From: an uncultured Candidatus Saccharibacteria bacterium | Lineage (GTDB): Bacteria; Patescibacteriota; Minisyncoccia; Phycocordibacterales; UBA918 | DNA: 64,000 nt | Direction of reading: 5' to 3' | NCBI GenBank assembly: GCA_964350735.1 | Contig: CAYGKO010000002.1 | Location: 90,134 to 154,133, forward strand | In this document: positions 1 to 9,680 of the stretch, piece after piece | Position numbering within the stretch: position 1 is the first letter of the stretch | Layout: each line of letters starts with the position of its first letter | Notes under the pieces: model-generated | Seen by the model: the letters and a program-made list of their open reading frames with translations, nothing else | Databases searched by the model: none | Told to the model about the DNA's origin: nothing | Translations under genes and position numbers: made by a program

Positions 1-110
1 TGCGGACCATCAGTAAAGATACGTTCCTTCACCGCTTTCTCTTCCCGCTTGGAGAGCCACCTACAGAGAGTAATATCTGTTCGCTCTCATGGCGCTTCCT
101 GTTTGCAACG

Positions 111-602
111 GTGTTCATGTGGTGGGCAATGCTCCTACTTTGGATACTCGTTCAAGTTATATGTGCACTACTACTGATCATAGCCTATATGGCTGGAGAC
201 ATTAGCCTTATTCGCTACGGTAAAGTTCGCCGCTTGGGAATCTGGGGCAGATCTCTGTTCATGGTCAGCGCAAACGAGTTACACAATAACCCCAGGAGCA
301 TCAGATGGTTCGGCTACAGGCCAGGAGATGTAATCTTCGCAGCTGCAGGATTATTACTCGCAGCATTCTACGGTCCAGGATTCATCTTTGGTACCGTCGA
401 AACCGTTACGGACATCGGTTCTCATATGCTTGGCTGGGGAACACCCGAATGGCGCATAGCTACATATGTCGCGATCGTCGTAGCCATGTTTGGTTTTGTT
501 GCTTGGGTACATGATAGCAAAACCGAATTCGCAATCTTCGTTCGCGCCATGATCAAAAGCAAACAAAAGAAAGTCTGCTTCAAGGTTAAAATCGAAACCT
601 GA
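111..602 (+). CDS. hypothetical integral membrane protein
   Basis: ORF with several hydrophobic helices; GTG start, alternative ATG at 117; followed by a hairpin terminator. Confidence 0.35.
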   Translation: MFMWWAMLLLWILVQVICALLLIIAYMAGDISLIRYGKVRRLGIWGRSLFMVSANELHNNPRSIRWFGYRPGDVIFAAAGLLLAAFYGPGFIFGTVETVTDIGSHMLGWGTPEWRIATYVAIVVAMFGFVAWVHDSKTEFAIFVRAMIKSKQKKVCFKVKIET

Positions 603-622
603 TCAGTCAGTCCGCAAAATCG

Positions 623-648
623 GAAAGGGCGCCCGTCGCCCTTTTCCA
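623..648 (+). terminator. rho-independent terminator
   Basis: GGAAAGGGCG-cccgtc-GCCCTTTTCC hairpin followed by a T-run. Confidence 0.5.
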
Positions 649-702
649 CCCTTTTTATATTTAAGATGAAACTTGGTGTCTTGGTGGCTTATAATATATT
701 TA

Positions 703-1185
703 ATGGAGACCGCAACAATAATCGACTTCCTCAAAGAGTCTCTCTATCTAATTTTAGTTTTCGGAGGCTTCTTACTGTACTCGATGGTGCGCGGAAAGCA
801 GTCGCTTATCAATCTCATTATGGGGTTGTATTTGGCATTACTGCTTTCAATCGAGTTTCCATATTACGACACCCTCATCGGTGGGGCCGGGGCGGCCAGC
901 GAATCGATCATAAAGATCATTATTTTCGCAGCGTTTGCCGTATTTTCAACATTACTCTTTGGACACCTCATGCCTCGCGAGTTTGATGAAACCGCCTTTG
1001 AAGGCTTTGGGAAGAAAGCGCTCTTCGCCTTGGGAGCTACCGTCCTCGTGATGGCCTTCAGCTTCCACGTTCTCCCCGTCACTGAGTTCCTCACACCTGG
1101 CAGCCCAATCCAATCTCTCTTCGCCCCGGAAAGCCTTTTCTTCTGGTGGCTGTTTGCCCCGTTAGCAGTCTTATTTTTATTATGA
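703..1185 (+). CDS. hypothetical membrane protein
   Basis: Hydrophobic ORF; ATG at 703 preceded by TATAAT 7 nt upstream (track start 673 is TTG). Confidence 0.35.
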   Translation: METATIIDFLKESLYLILVFGGFLLYSMVRGKQSLINLIMGLYLALLLSIEFPYYDTLIGGAGAASESIIKIIIFAAFAVFSTLLFGHLMPREFDETAFEGFGKKALFALGATVLVMAFSFHVLPVTEFLTPGSPIQSLFAPESLFFWWLFAPLAVLFLL

Positions 1186-2087
1186 CATCTGGTTTGGTAC
1201 TTGGAATTATAGCTGCTTTTTTCTGGTCACTCACAAACATTATCGATAAATACTTGGTTACTAAATACGCCAATGATGGAAATATTGGCGGTGTACTTCT
1301 ACTGTCCTGCTTCTTTCCAATCATACTCGCGTTCTTAGCATTTGTAGTATCCAAAAATATCTATTTTGCTATACAAGAAACCTTCTATCTTCTAACCTCA
1401 GGCTTCTTAATGGTCGCTTGGATCTATTTTTATCTGAAAGCCTTAGTTGAAGACGATACTTCAGTAGTTATGACACTACTTGTATTAGCACCTTTGTTTT
1501 CATTATTTTTTGCTGCATTTATTTTAAACGAGGTTCCAACAATTTTTGAGATACTAGCTGGCGGACTCATAGTGTGTGGCGCACTAGTCGTATCGTACGC
1601 TCCAGCAGAAAGGGGGATTAAGTTACCTCTACTTATCTACGCTGTGGGCGCCTCTACCGTAATGGGTTTAATGCATACATTATTCAAGTTTGTAACAATT
1701 TCTGAGGATTTTTGGAACTCTATGTTTTGGAGATCTGTTGGAATGATTTTATGTGGAATCATTTTATTCGTCTTTGTTAAGAGCTACCAAAAGGCATTCA
1801 AAGAATTTATTAAGCGATATCTAAAGCAAGGTCTTTTACTTAATTCAACTAACGAAAGTTTGACGTTGTTAGGGGACACAATTTTTGCATTTGCTATACT
1901 TTTTGCCCCACTTGCATTAGTGCAAACAACAGAATCATATCAACCTGTTTTTATCTTACTGTTAGTGCTTATACTTTCACGACTGGGAATCAAGTTTGTT
2001 GAAGAAGATTTTAATCCTAAAAGGTTACCATTCAAAGTTGTGGGGATTTTACTAACTCTGGCTGGGAGCTCATTACTTATTTTATAA
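1182..2087 (+). CDS. DMT/EamA-like permease (10-TM transporter)
   Basis: About 300 aa with roughly 10 predicted TM helices and a duplicated EamA-like architecture; ATGA overlap with the previous ORF. Confidence 0.5.
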   Translation: MTSGLVLGIIAAFFWSLTNIIDKYLVTKYANDGNIGGVLLLSCFFPIILAFLAFVVSKNIYFAIQETFYLLTSGFLMVAWIYFYLKALVEDDTSVVMTLLVLAPLFSLFFAAFILNEVPTIFEILAGGLIVCGALVVSYAPAERGIKLPLLIYAVGASTVMGLMHTLFKFVTISEDFWNSMFWRSVGMILCGIILFVFVKSYQKAFKEFIKRYLKQGLLLNSTNESLTLLGDTIFAFAILFAPLALVQTTESYQPVFILLLVLILSRLGIKFVEEDFNPKRLPFKVVGILLTLAGSSLLIL

Positions 2088-2138
2088 CCCACAGCTACCC
2101 AAGGACTTTCAATAAAATATGCTAATCTTAAATTAGTT

Positions 2139-2483
2139 ATGAATGTCAAAAACCTCCCAATAAAAATATTTCTATCTCTCATTACCATAACTATAGCGGC
2201 TGTTTTTTTGAGCATGTACGCGAGATACATTTTTGCACAAGATTATTATTTTCTAGTAGAGGCACCGTGTGACCCAGAGTTGCAAGTCTGCTTTGAGAGA
2301 AGCTGTGATGACTATTGTCCACCTAATGAACTAGAAGTCTATAAAACCTACCAAATCAAGGCAAATGAGTACAAAAAGTGCTCAACAAATACGTGTACTA
2401 ATATATGCGAAAATAGTGAGACTGCTGACACATGCGAAGAGTTAGTCTGTAACCCAGAAGCTGATGAAGTCTGTACTAGTTAA
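2139..2483 (+). CDS. membrane-anchored cysteine-rich small protein
   Basis: N-terminal TM helix then 12 Cys in about 70 aa (CDPELQVCFERSCDDYCPP...); TGCTAATCT extended -10 lies 10 nt upstream. Confidence 0.35.
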   Translation: MNVKNLPIKIFLSLITITIAAVFLSMYARYIFAQDYYFLVEAPCDPELQVCFERSCDDYCPPNELEVYKTYQIKANEYKKCSTNTCTNICENSETADTCEELVCNPEADEVCTS

Positions 2484-3294
2484 AACCTATCAAAACACTA
2501 GTGTAAACATCTTTTCTGATGCTTCTTTCTTGTACACATCCAAAGCAGCATTACTTAAGGAGCTCGACGCAAGAAAATTTGATGAGACTCTTAAAATTAA
2601 AACAGAAAAAAATAACCAAAATCTCACTCCTGGACTTGCAGAACAATTAAATGAACCACGACTAATTTTCTTTAGACAGGTAGCGACACCACTCCATGAA
2701 ACCTTACATATTTTAGAAATTGCCAGAGAGTTAAATATCAAACCATTAATTCTCGAATTTTCAAAAGATATATTTGTCTCAAAAGGTAATTTTTATAAAA
2801 AATCCTTAGGTAAATTACCTGTATACAAACAAACTAACAAACACGGAAGAGATCTATTCGCGTATCATACTATTGTTGACTTCAATAAATATGCTGGTGG
2901 GACACTAGCAGCTGTACAAACTCTCAACAATGAGTCTCTTATTTCGTTTCATCATGAACTTTTTCAATATGTTACTGGAATTGACCCAAAAACAATTATT
3001 TACGATGCGTCAGAATGGTTTGAGCAATTTGATTATCAAGCAGAAAATTATTATTACCAATTTTTATCATTCTTCCTAAAAGATCATGTTTTAGCTGAGA
3101 TTTTTCATGTACATGGAGAAGAAAAGAGACTGTCCAAGAACGTTGTGATTCCTGCTTTCCAAAAACTCACTCAGGAATATTCTATAAAACCATTGATCTT
3201 TAACTATCAACCTAAAAGAGAACAGACTCGACTATACTGGGATTGTTATCCCAATAAAGTTAATGAATTCCTGGAAAAAAAAGGCTATAGTTAA
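2464..3294 (+). CDS. hypothetical protein
   Basis: 276-aa ORF in an AT-rich stretch with no recognisable motif. Confidence 0.3.
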   Translation: MKSVLVKTYQNTSVNIFSDASFLYTSKAALLKELDARKFDETLKIKTEKNNQNLTPGLAEQLNEPRLIFFRQVATPLHETLHILEIARELNIKPLILEFSKDIFVSKGNFYKKSLGKLPVYKQTNKHGRDLFAYHTIVDFNKYAGGTLAAVQTLNNESLISFHHELFQYVTGIDPKTIIYDASEWFEQFDYQAENYYYQFLSFFLKDHVLAEIFHVHGEEKRLSKNVVIPAFQKLTQEYSIKPLIFNYQPKREQTRLYWDCYPNKVNEFLEKKGYS

Positions 3295-3299
3295 AAATT

Positions 3300-4958
3300 A
3301 TGGATCTTTTTAATACTTGCTATGAAACAACTAACGAAGTGCGTGCTTTAGCCTACTACTCGCACCTTATTCCAGGATTCATTACTTTACTACTTGGTTC
3401 TTTTGTTCTTATTTTTGCAAAAAATAAAACTAAAGCACTACTGTTCTTTTCCTTCACTTCACTACTAGTGCTCTGGTTACTTGGAAATCTGGTAACTTGG
3501 ACCTCAAATGATTATTTTCTAGTCGCTGCTTTTTGGTCTACCCTTGACTATATAAATATTCTTTTTTATCTGGCCATCTTCTGCTTCATAGTAGTTGATT
3601 TTACTAAAAATAAACGATTGCCCTATTGGATTTTATTGCCAGTTATAGTTATAGGGATAGTCCCATTCTTACTTACTGTTGCAGGCATGTCTGTTCATGA
3701 ATTTGATTTACCAAATTGTGAAATGTATGGCAATGCTATAATAGCTGAATACAAACTAGTGACTGAATGGCTGATTATATTTGGAATTTTAGTTGCCGCA
3801 ATAATTGCTGTCATTAGAAACTGGGGTTCTAGAAATGAAGTCAGGAGAATCATCATAGCTGCCATATCTGTAGCAGTATTCTTGGGAATTTTCTCCAGTA
3901 CAGAGTACATTTCAACAGCAACAGATATTTATGAAATTAATTTATATGCCCTGTTCACATTGCCAATTTTCTTAGCAATTTTGACTTATTCAATTCTAGA
4001 ACATGGAACTTTCAAGTTCAATGTCGACAGTATCTGGGTCCTTCGAGTACTTTTTATAGTTTTTCTACTTGTGAGTTCATCTAAATTCTTACTCGACGAG
4101 AACTTTGTTGAATACCTTATTACAGGACTTAGTACCTTGGCTACAACCTTCTTTGGATTACTTGTATTGAGAAGTGCGGCGCGTGAAAATGCCCAACGAA
4201 AAGAGTTAGAACAGATAACAGGTAAGCTCGAAAAAGCTAATAAACGACTGAAGATTCTAGATCAGATGAAGTCTGAGTTTGTGTCGATCGCCTCGCATCA
4301 ATTACGTAGTCCATTAACCTCTATTCGAGGGTACGCGTCAATGCTCCTTGAAGGAAGTTTTGGTAAACTCTCTGATAAATCACAAGAAGCTGTAGAAAAA
4401 ATTGCTGATTCGAGTCGTTTTATGGCCTTGTCTGTAGAGGACTATCTGAATGTGTCTCGAATTCAGTCTGGAAAAATGAAGTATGAGAAGTCTGATTTTA
4501 ACCTAAAAGACATGACCTTCAGTCTCGTTGACGACATGCGTCGTGAAGCCATGCGCCACGGACTTGTACTCAAAGCGAAATCTGATCTGCAAAGCAAAGG
4601 GATTGTTAATGCTGATATTGGAAAGACCCGTCAGGTTATTCAAAATCTAGTCGATAACGCTTTGAAGTACACTCCAAAAGGAACCATCACGGTAACCGTC
4701 CGCGACAGCAAAAAATCGAAGAAAATATACATTGATGTAGCTGATTCTGGAATAGGAATGGATCCAGCTACCATCGAGACACTTTTCGATAAATTTGAGC
4801 GAGCTCATAATGCCAATGATGTAAATGTGACCGGCACTGGACTGGGTCTCTATATTGCTCGCAAAATGACTGAGGATATGGGTGGCACTTTAACCGCCAC
4901 TTCTGTTGGGGAAGGCAAAGGCTCAATCTTCACTATCGAGCTTCCACTTCAAATGTAG
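3300..4958 (+). CDS. sensor histidine kinase with N-terminal multi-TM (7TM-like) domain
   Basis: HisKA H-box SHQLRSPLTSIRGYASML; HATPase_c G-boxes DSGIGMD and GTGLGLYIARKM; about 7 TM helices at the N-terminus; no adjacent response regulator. Confidence 0.8.
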   Translation: MDLFNTCYETTNEVRALAYYSHLIPGFITLLLGSFVLIFAKNKTKALLFFSFTSLLVLWLLGNLVTWTSNDYFLVAAFWSTLDYINILFYLAIFCFIVVDFTKNKRLPYWILLPVIVIGIVPFLLTVAGMSVHEFDLPNCEMYGNAIIAEYKLVTEWLIIFGILVAAIIAVIRNWGSRNEVRRIIIAAISVAVFLGIFSSTEYISTATDIYEINLYALFTLPIFLAILTYSILEHGTFKFNVDSIWVLRVLFIVFLLVSSSKFLLDENFVEYLITGLSTLATTFFGLLVLRSAARENAQRKELEQITGKLEKANKRLKILDQMKSEFVSIASHQLRSPLTSIRGYASMLLEGSFGKLSDKSQEAVEKIADSSRFMALSVEDYLNVSRIQSGKMKYEKSDFNLKDMTFSLVDDMRREAMRHGLVLKAKSDLQSKGIVNADIGKTRQVIQNLVDNALKYTPKGTITVTVRDSKKSKKIYIDVADSGIGMDPATIETLFDKFERAHNANDVNVTGTGLGLYIARKMTEDMGGTLTATSVGEGKGSIFTIELPLQM

Positions 4959-4993
4959 TTTGCTCCCAGCCTGGTCTTTGCTACACTACAGTT

Positions 4994-5932
4994 ATGAAAC
5001 AACGACTTCTCACTGGACTACAATCCTCAGGCGACCTGCATATTGGTAATTACTTCGGGGCACTCAAACCTTTTCTTGAGATGTACGAAGAGTACGACAG
5101 TCATCTCATGGTGGCTGATTATCATGCGCTCACTTCGCTCCGCGATCCCGAAGTAATGCGACAAAACATTTACAACGTAGTTCGGGACTATCTAGCCGTT
5201 GGAGTCGACCCCGAGAAATGCATTATTTTCCGTCAGTCTGACAATCAAGATCATGTTGAATTAGGCTGGGTGCTTGACTGTATGGTGACTGTGCCGTTTC
5301 TCATGCAAGGACATGCTTATAAAGACAAAGTGGCTAAAGGCCTTGAGCCAAACGCCGGCCTCTTTACCTACCCCATGTTACAAGCGGCCGATATCACGCT
5401 CTACGATGTCGATGTGGTACCGGTCGGGGAAGACCAGCGCCAACACCTCGAATACACTCGCGAAGCGGTGGGGAAGTTCAACCGCGCGTTTGGGGAAGTA
5501 CTCAAAGAACCAAAAGAAAAAATTATTGATTCAGTCGGAATAATCCCTGGGACCGATGGTGAAAAGATGAGCAAGAGTAAAGGAAATACGATTCCTCTTT
5601 TTGGTAGTGAGAAAGAAGTTGAGAAAGCCGTCATGGGGATTGTGACTGACTCGTCGGGAGATCGTCCGGAACACGTCTACGCCATTCACAAACTCCTGCG
5701 CTCTGAAGCCGAACTCGAATCTATGTACGAAGAACACAAAGGTCGCTACGGTGACTTGAAAAAGCTCTTAGTAGCCGATCTTGAAGCCCTCATCAGCCCG
5801 ATGCGTGAACGCCGCAATGCTATTACTGATGAAGAGATCCGTGCTGTCCTCGCCGACGGGGTTGCGCGAGCCAAAGTAACCTCTAATCAAACTTTAGCAA
5901 AGGTACGAAAAGCAGTTGGTATTTCCCTGTAG
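4994..5932 (+). CDS. trpS: tryptophanyl-tRNA synthetase
   Basis: Class I HIGH-like motif (GDLHIGN) and KMSKS; N-terminus typical of TrpRS. Confidence 0.9.
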   Translation: MKQRLLTGLQSSGDLHIGNYFGALKPFLEMYEEYDSHLMVADYHALTSLRDPEVMRQNIYNVVRDYLAVGVDPEKCIIFRQSDNQDHVELGWVLDCMVTVPFLMQGHAYKDKVAKGLEPNAGLFTYPMLQAADITLYDVDVVPVGEDQRQHLEYTREAVGKFNRAFGEVLKEPKEKIIDSVGIIPGTDGEKMSKSKGNTIPLFGSEKEVEKAVMGIVTDSSGDRPEHVYAIHKLLRSEAELESMYEEHKGRYGDLKKLLVADLEALISPMRERRNAITDEEIRAVLADGVARAKVTSNQTLAKVRKAVGISL

Positions 5933-5984
5933 ATTAGCTATACTAAAAAAACCTAAGAAGCAGCTGACACTGTGGAGGTGAAGT

Positions 5985-6105
5985 AACATATTAAATGAAG
6001 TGCTCGAATGAGCAAGAAGTAGGGTGGCACCGCGACCCATGATCATATGATCGTAATCGCCCCTACAAAAGTATTATTGGTAATATTTTTGTAGGGGCGA
6101 TTTGT
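5985..6105 (+). promoter_or_regulatory. T-box riboswitch leader (antiterminator plus terminator)
   Basis: T-box sequence AAGUAGGGUGGCACCGCGA at 6017-6035 (consensus AAUUAGGGUGGNACCGCGG); 7-nt UGGCACC bulge; GUAGGG pairs with CCCUAC at 6061-6067; 16-bp perfect terminator hairpin at 6055-6102. Confidence 0.6.
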
Positions 6106-6108
6106 ATT

Positions 6109-6459
6109 ATGTCAGAAAGTCCATGGACACCGAACGCAGCTACTGCTGCGGAAATGAAAGAATTCGATACTATTAGAGCAATCAACGAGACCGAAGCTGC
6201 TCTGATCAAAAGCTCATTGACCAACTATTTCAAAGTAAAAGGTATCCCAGCTGTCATTAATATTCAAGATACTGGCACTATCGAAATACTATTTAGGGAT
6301 GCGTCACAGATTTCAGTCGAAGATCACGACACGATCACTGATACTGTAAAACACTTTAGCAAAACACTTCCAGCACATGAATATGCCACTGTATATGTAG
6401 AAACCCCAAAAGATTTTTCACACAGCGTTATTAAATTTGAATTAAGAAAATATGAATAG
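6109..6459 (+). CDS. hypothetical protein (T-box controlled, translationally coupled to the aaRS)
   Basis: 116-aa ORF starting 6 nt after the T-box terminator; its stop overlaps the next start (ATGAATAG). Confidence 0.4.
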   Translation: MSESPWTPNAATAAEMKEFDTIRAINETEAALIKSSLTNYFKVKGIPAVINIQDTGTIEILFRDASQISVEDHDTITDTVKHFSKTLPAHEYATVYVETPKDFSHSVIKFELRKYE

Positions 6460-7810
6460 AGTACTAATCAGCGCACTTAGCGAACACAAAACCGAAACCG
6501 TGCTGATAAACGGGTGGGTTGATGTGGCCCGCCAACAAGGAAAGATGGCGTTCTTTGATTTCAGAGATCGGAGCGGACAAGTACAAGGGGTAGTTTTTGG
6601 GAAGCCAGAAGTGCTTGAAGTAGCCAAAACGCTCCGCCAAGAAAGTGCTGTGGCTATCACTGGCGTTGTAAACGAACGGCCGGAGAAAATGGTGAACGAC
6701 AAGGTGGTAAATGGCGATATCGAGCTTGAAATCACCGCTATCGAAGTACTCAATCAATCAGCCGAACTGCCATTTGATATGGACGCTGAAATGAAACTGG
6801 AAACGATTCTTGATAACCGACCGTTAACGCTTAAGAACAGTCGTTCGCAAGATATCTTTAAAGTAGCCGCCACGATCGTGCAGTCATACCGACAAGCCTT
6901 GATGGACCAAGAATTCGTCGAATTTCAAGCTCCAGCCCTAGTTGGAGAAGACGCTGAAGGTGGGGCCGAGGTTTTCAAAGTTGAATACTTTAAAGATCGC
7001 ACCGCAAACCTAGCTACCAGCCCGCAGCTGTATAAAGAAATTATGACCGGTGCGTTTGAGCGCGTATTTACCATTGCCAAAATCTTCCGAGCCGAGAAAA
7101 GTGCTACGACACGGCACTTATCAGAAATTACGCAGATGGACTTCGAAATGTCATTCATCAAAGACCACAACGACGTCATGGACACACTAGAGTCAGTCAC
7201 TCGAGCCGTTTGTGCTGCTGTAGTAGAAAAGCACGCTGATGTATTTGCCCGATTTGACGCTACCGCTCCCACCATACCAGAAGCAGCCTACCCACGGCTG
7301 ACGCTACTTGAAGTACAAGAAATTCTTAAAGTTGAATATGACATTGATGCGGTTGGAGACACTGACCTAGAGCCAGAACACGAACGGAAGATCTGTGCAT
7401 GGGCTAAGGAAAAGCATGGTTCGGACTTTGTATTCGTGACAGAATTCCCAACGGCCAAGCGTGCCTTCTATACCTACCCCGTACCAGAAAACCCTGAGCG
7501 CTCGCGCAGCTTCGACCTCTTGTTCCGCGGGCTTGAAATCAACAGTGGCGCCCAACGCTATCACGACTACGATGAGATGGTAGAGAAAATTAAAACTAAA
7601 GGTCTCGACCCAGCAAAATTTGAGTTTTATCTCATGATGCACAAGTACGGCGCAGCTCCGCATGGTGGCTGTTCAACCGGGCTCGAGCGCTTCACCAGCC
7701 GCATGCTTGAACTACCAAATGTAAAAGAAGCCGTACCATTTCCACGCGACATTAACCGCATCGACGTTCTGCTCTCGAAGGGAGAACAAATGGAAGATAA
7801 AGCTGAATAA
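6452..7810 (+). CDS. aspS: class IIb aminoacyl-tRNA synthetase, type-2 (archaeal-like) aspartyl-tRNA synthetase; AsnRS not excluded
   Basis: 452 aa; N-terminal OB anticodon-binding fold; class II motifs FRAEKSATTRHLSEITQMDFEMSF and SPQLYKE; C-terminal GGCSTGLERF. Confidence 0.8.
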   Translation: MNRVLISALSEHKTETVLINGWVDVARQQGKMAFFDFRDRSGQVQGVVFGKPEVLEVAKTLRQESAVAITGVVNERPEKMVNDKVVNGDIELEITAIEVLNQSAELPFDMDAEMKLETILDNRPLTLKNSRSQDIFKVAATIVQSYRQALMDQEFVEFQAPALVGEDAEGGAEVFKVEYFKDRTANLATSPQLYKEIMTGAFERVFTIAKIFRAEKSATTRHLSEITQMDFEMSFIKDHNDVMDTLESVTRAVCAAVVEKHADVFARFDATAPTIPEAAYPRLTLLEVQEILKVEYDIDAVGDTDLEPEHERKICAWAKEKHGSDFVFVTEFPTAKRAFYTYPVPENPERSRSFDLLFRGLEINSGAQRYHDYDEMVEKIKTKGLDPAKFEFYLMMHKYGAAPHGGCSTGLERFTSRMLELPNVKEAVPFPRDINRIDVLLSKGEQMEDKAE

Positions 7811-7812
7811 GT

Positions 7813-9045
7813 ATGCAGCAAAGCTATACCCCAAAAGAAGAAACATTGGAAAAGTACGCTGACCTTATAGTTGAATTCGGTTTACAAAATAGAAACGGAA
7901 CCAAGCCAAAACCAGGCAGTGTTGTTCACTTTATAGTTCCTGAGGCAGCAAAACCCCTCTACGTTCACTTGAACCGATCAATCCTTAAGCATGGCTATAA
8001 CCCGCTTGGAAAACTCATCCCAGGCTCTGACGAAACACACAATCTTGATGAAGACTTCTTTACCTACGCAAATAAAGCCCAGCGAGAATTTTTTGCTGCT
8101 AAAGAGCAAAAGGGGTTAATCGAAGAAATTGATTGTGTAATCCATGTATTGGCTGAAACCAATCCCCACAGTCTTAAGAACATTAATTCAAAATTAGTGC
8201 TTGAACGCCAACAAGCACTGAAAAAAGGTATTAGCTGGAAACGTAAAAAAATTGACGAAGGAAAACTCAATTGGACTATCGTGCTCTATGGAACAGACGC
8301 GCAAGCTGAAGAAGCAGGCCTGACGCCAAAACAATATTGGGACCAGATTATCAAGGCATGTTATTTAGATCACGATAAACCCACAAAAGAATGGTTCCGG
8401 ATTAATAAGATCGTCCAAAAAACTGCTCAGAAATTAACCAACTTAAAAATTGAATCTTTGCACGTTGTTGGGCCTGATATTGACCTTGAAGTTGGAATTG
8501 GTCAAAATCGCGGATGGCGTGCTGGAGGAGGAAACAACATCCCGTCATTTGAAGTCTTCACTTCTCCAACTTGGCAAAAGATAAACGGCTGGGCACGATT
8601 AAATCAACCGCATTATCGTTATGGAAAGAAAATTGAAGGGATCGAACTATGGTTTAAAGACGGTATCGTTGTGAAGTCAAAAGCTACCAAGAATCACGAC
8701 CTTCTCAAAAGCATGCTTAAAACTCCTGGGGGAAATAAACTAGGTGAGTTTTCTCTCACCGACGCCCGCTTATCACGGATTAACAAATTTATGGCCGAAA
8801 TTCTGTACGATGAGAATACTGGTGGTAAATACGGTAATACGCACATCGCACTAGGGGCTGCCTTCCGAGAATGTTATGAAGGAAAAGTTGACCCTAAATG
8901 GAAGAACGCTGATTGGGATAAACTTGGTTTTAACTACTCAGTGGTTCACTCTGATGTAATATCTACTACTGACAGAACCGTCACGGCAACCTTAGCCGAT
9001 GGTACAAAAAAAGTGATCTATAAAAAAGGTCAATTTACTATTTAG
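7813..9045 (+). CDS. aminopeptidase, M29 (AmpS/PepS)-like
   Basis: N-terminal LEKYADLIVEFG pattern typical of M29 aminopeptidases; about 410 aa. Confidence 0.55.
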   Translation: MQQSYTPKEETLEKYADLIVEFGLQNRNGTKPKPGSVVHFIVPEAAKPLYVHLNRSILKHGYNPLGKLIPGSDETHNLDEDFFTYANKAQREFFAAKEQKGLIEEIDCVIHVLAETNPHSLKNINSKLVLERQQALKKGISWKRKKIDEGKLNWTIVLYGTDAQAEEAGLTPKQYWDQIIKACYLDHDKPTKEWFRINKIVQKTAQKLTNLKIESLHVVGPDIDLEVGIGQNRGWRAGGGNNIPSFEVFTSPTWQKINGWARLNQPHYRYGKKIEGIELWFKDGIVVKSKATKNHDLLKSMLKTPGGNKLGEFSLTDARLSRINKFMAEILYDENTGGKYGNTHIALGAAFRECYEGKVDPKWKNADWDKLGFNYSVVHSDVISTTDRTVTATLADGTKKVIYKKGQFTI

Positions 9046-9047
9046 AT

Positions 9048-9680
9048 ATGGATTACGAAACTACTCGCCAACAAATCCTCAACTCAGACGAATTTGTACT
9101 GAGTGAGTTTCGCAAACTTCAGTATCTCTATGGACTCAAACGAGAAATTCGCTTCAACGAAACTCGTACTTGTACGGGCATGGGGGAGTCAGTAGCCGAG
9201 CATATATACGGCATGATGGTGGCAGCTAACTATTTTTTACCACTCGAAAATGTAGATGGTAACTGGGATCAAGCCAAGATCTTCAAAATGATCACGTGGC
9301 ATGACATCGAAGAACTTGAGGTGGGAGACATGATCGGCTATCTCAAGACACCTGAGCGCATGGTAGAAGAAGCTATTGCGGAAAAAGTGGCGGTGGCAAA
9401 GGCTCCTGACAGTATGCAAACTGAGATGCTCGCGGTATTAAAAGAATACAACCAACGGTCTTCCCCCGAAGCCCGGTTTGTAAAAGCTATCGACAAGATG
9501 GACAGCCTGCTACAGATGTATACACAGAGCGGGAAAGAAGTGGTAACCAGTATGCAGACAACCCTGAAGCAACACGAAGACAACAAAACTCCACACATGA
9601 AAGATTGGCCTTACATCTTTCGCTTCAAGCAAATTATTACTAACAGAATGGTCGAAGAGGGGTTTTTAATTACAAGTTAA
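9048..9680 (+). CDS. HD-domain phosphohydrolase (YfbR-like 5'-deoxynucleotidase family)
   Basis: H..H..D motif in EHIYGMMVAA...WHDIEELEVGDM; about 200 aa. Confidence 0.7.
   Translation: MDYETTRQQILNSDEFVLSEFRKLQYLYGLKREIRFNETRTCTGMGESVAEHIYGMMVAANYFLPLENVDGNWDQAKIFKMITWHDIEELEVGDMIGYLKTPERMVEEAIAEKVAVAKAPDSMQTEMLAVLKEYNQRSSPEARFVKAIDKMDSLLQMYTQSGKEVVTSMQTTLKQHEDNKTPHMKDWPYIFRFKQIITNRMVEEGFLITS

Noticed and set aside
6040-6052. GATCATATGATC palindrome as a restriction or Dam-related site of separate significance
   Set aside because: It lies in the loop between T-box helices A2 and A1 and is most simply a loop hairpin of the antiterminator.
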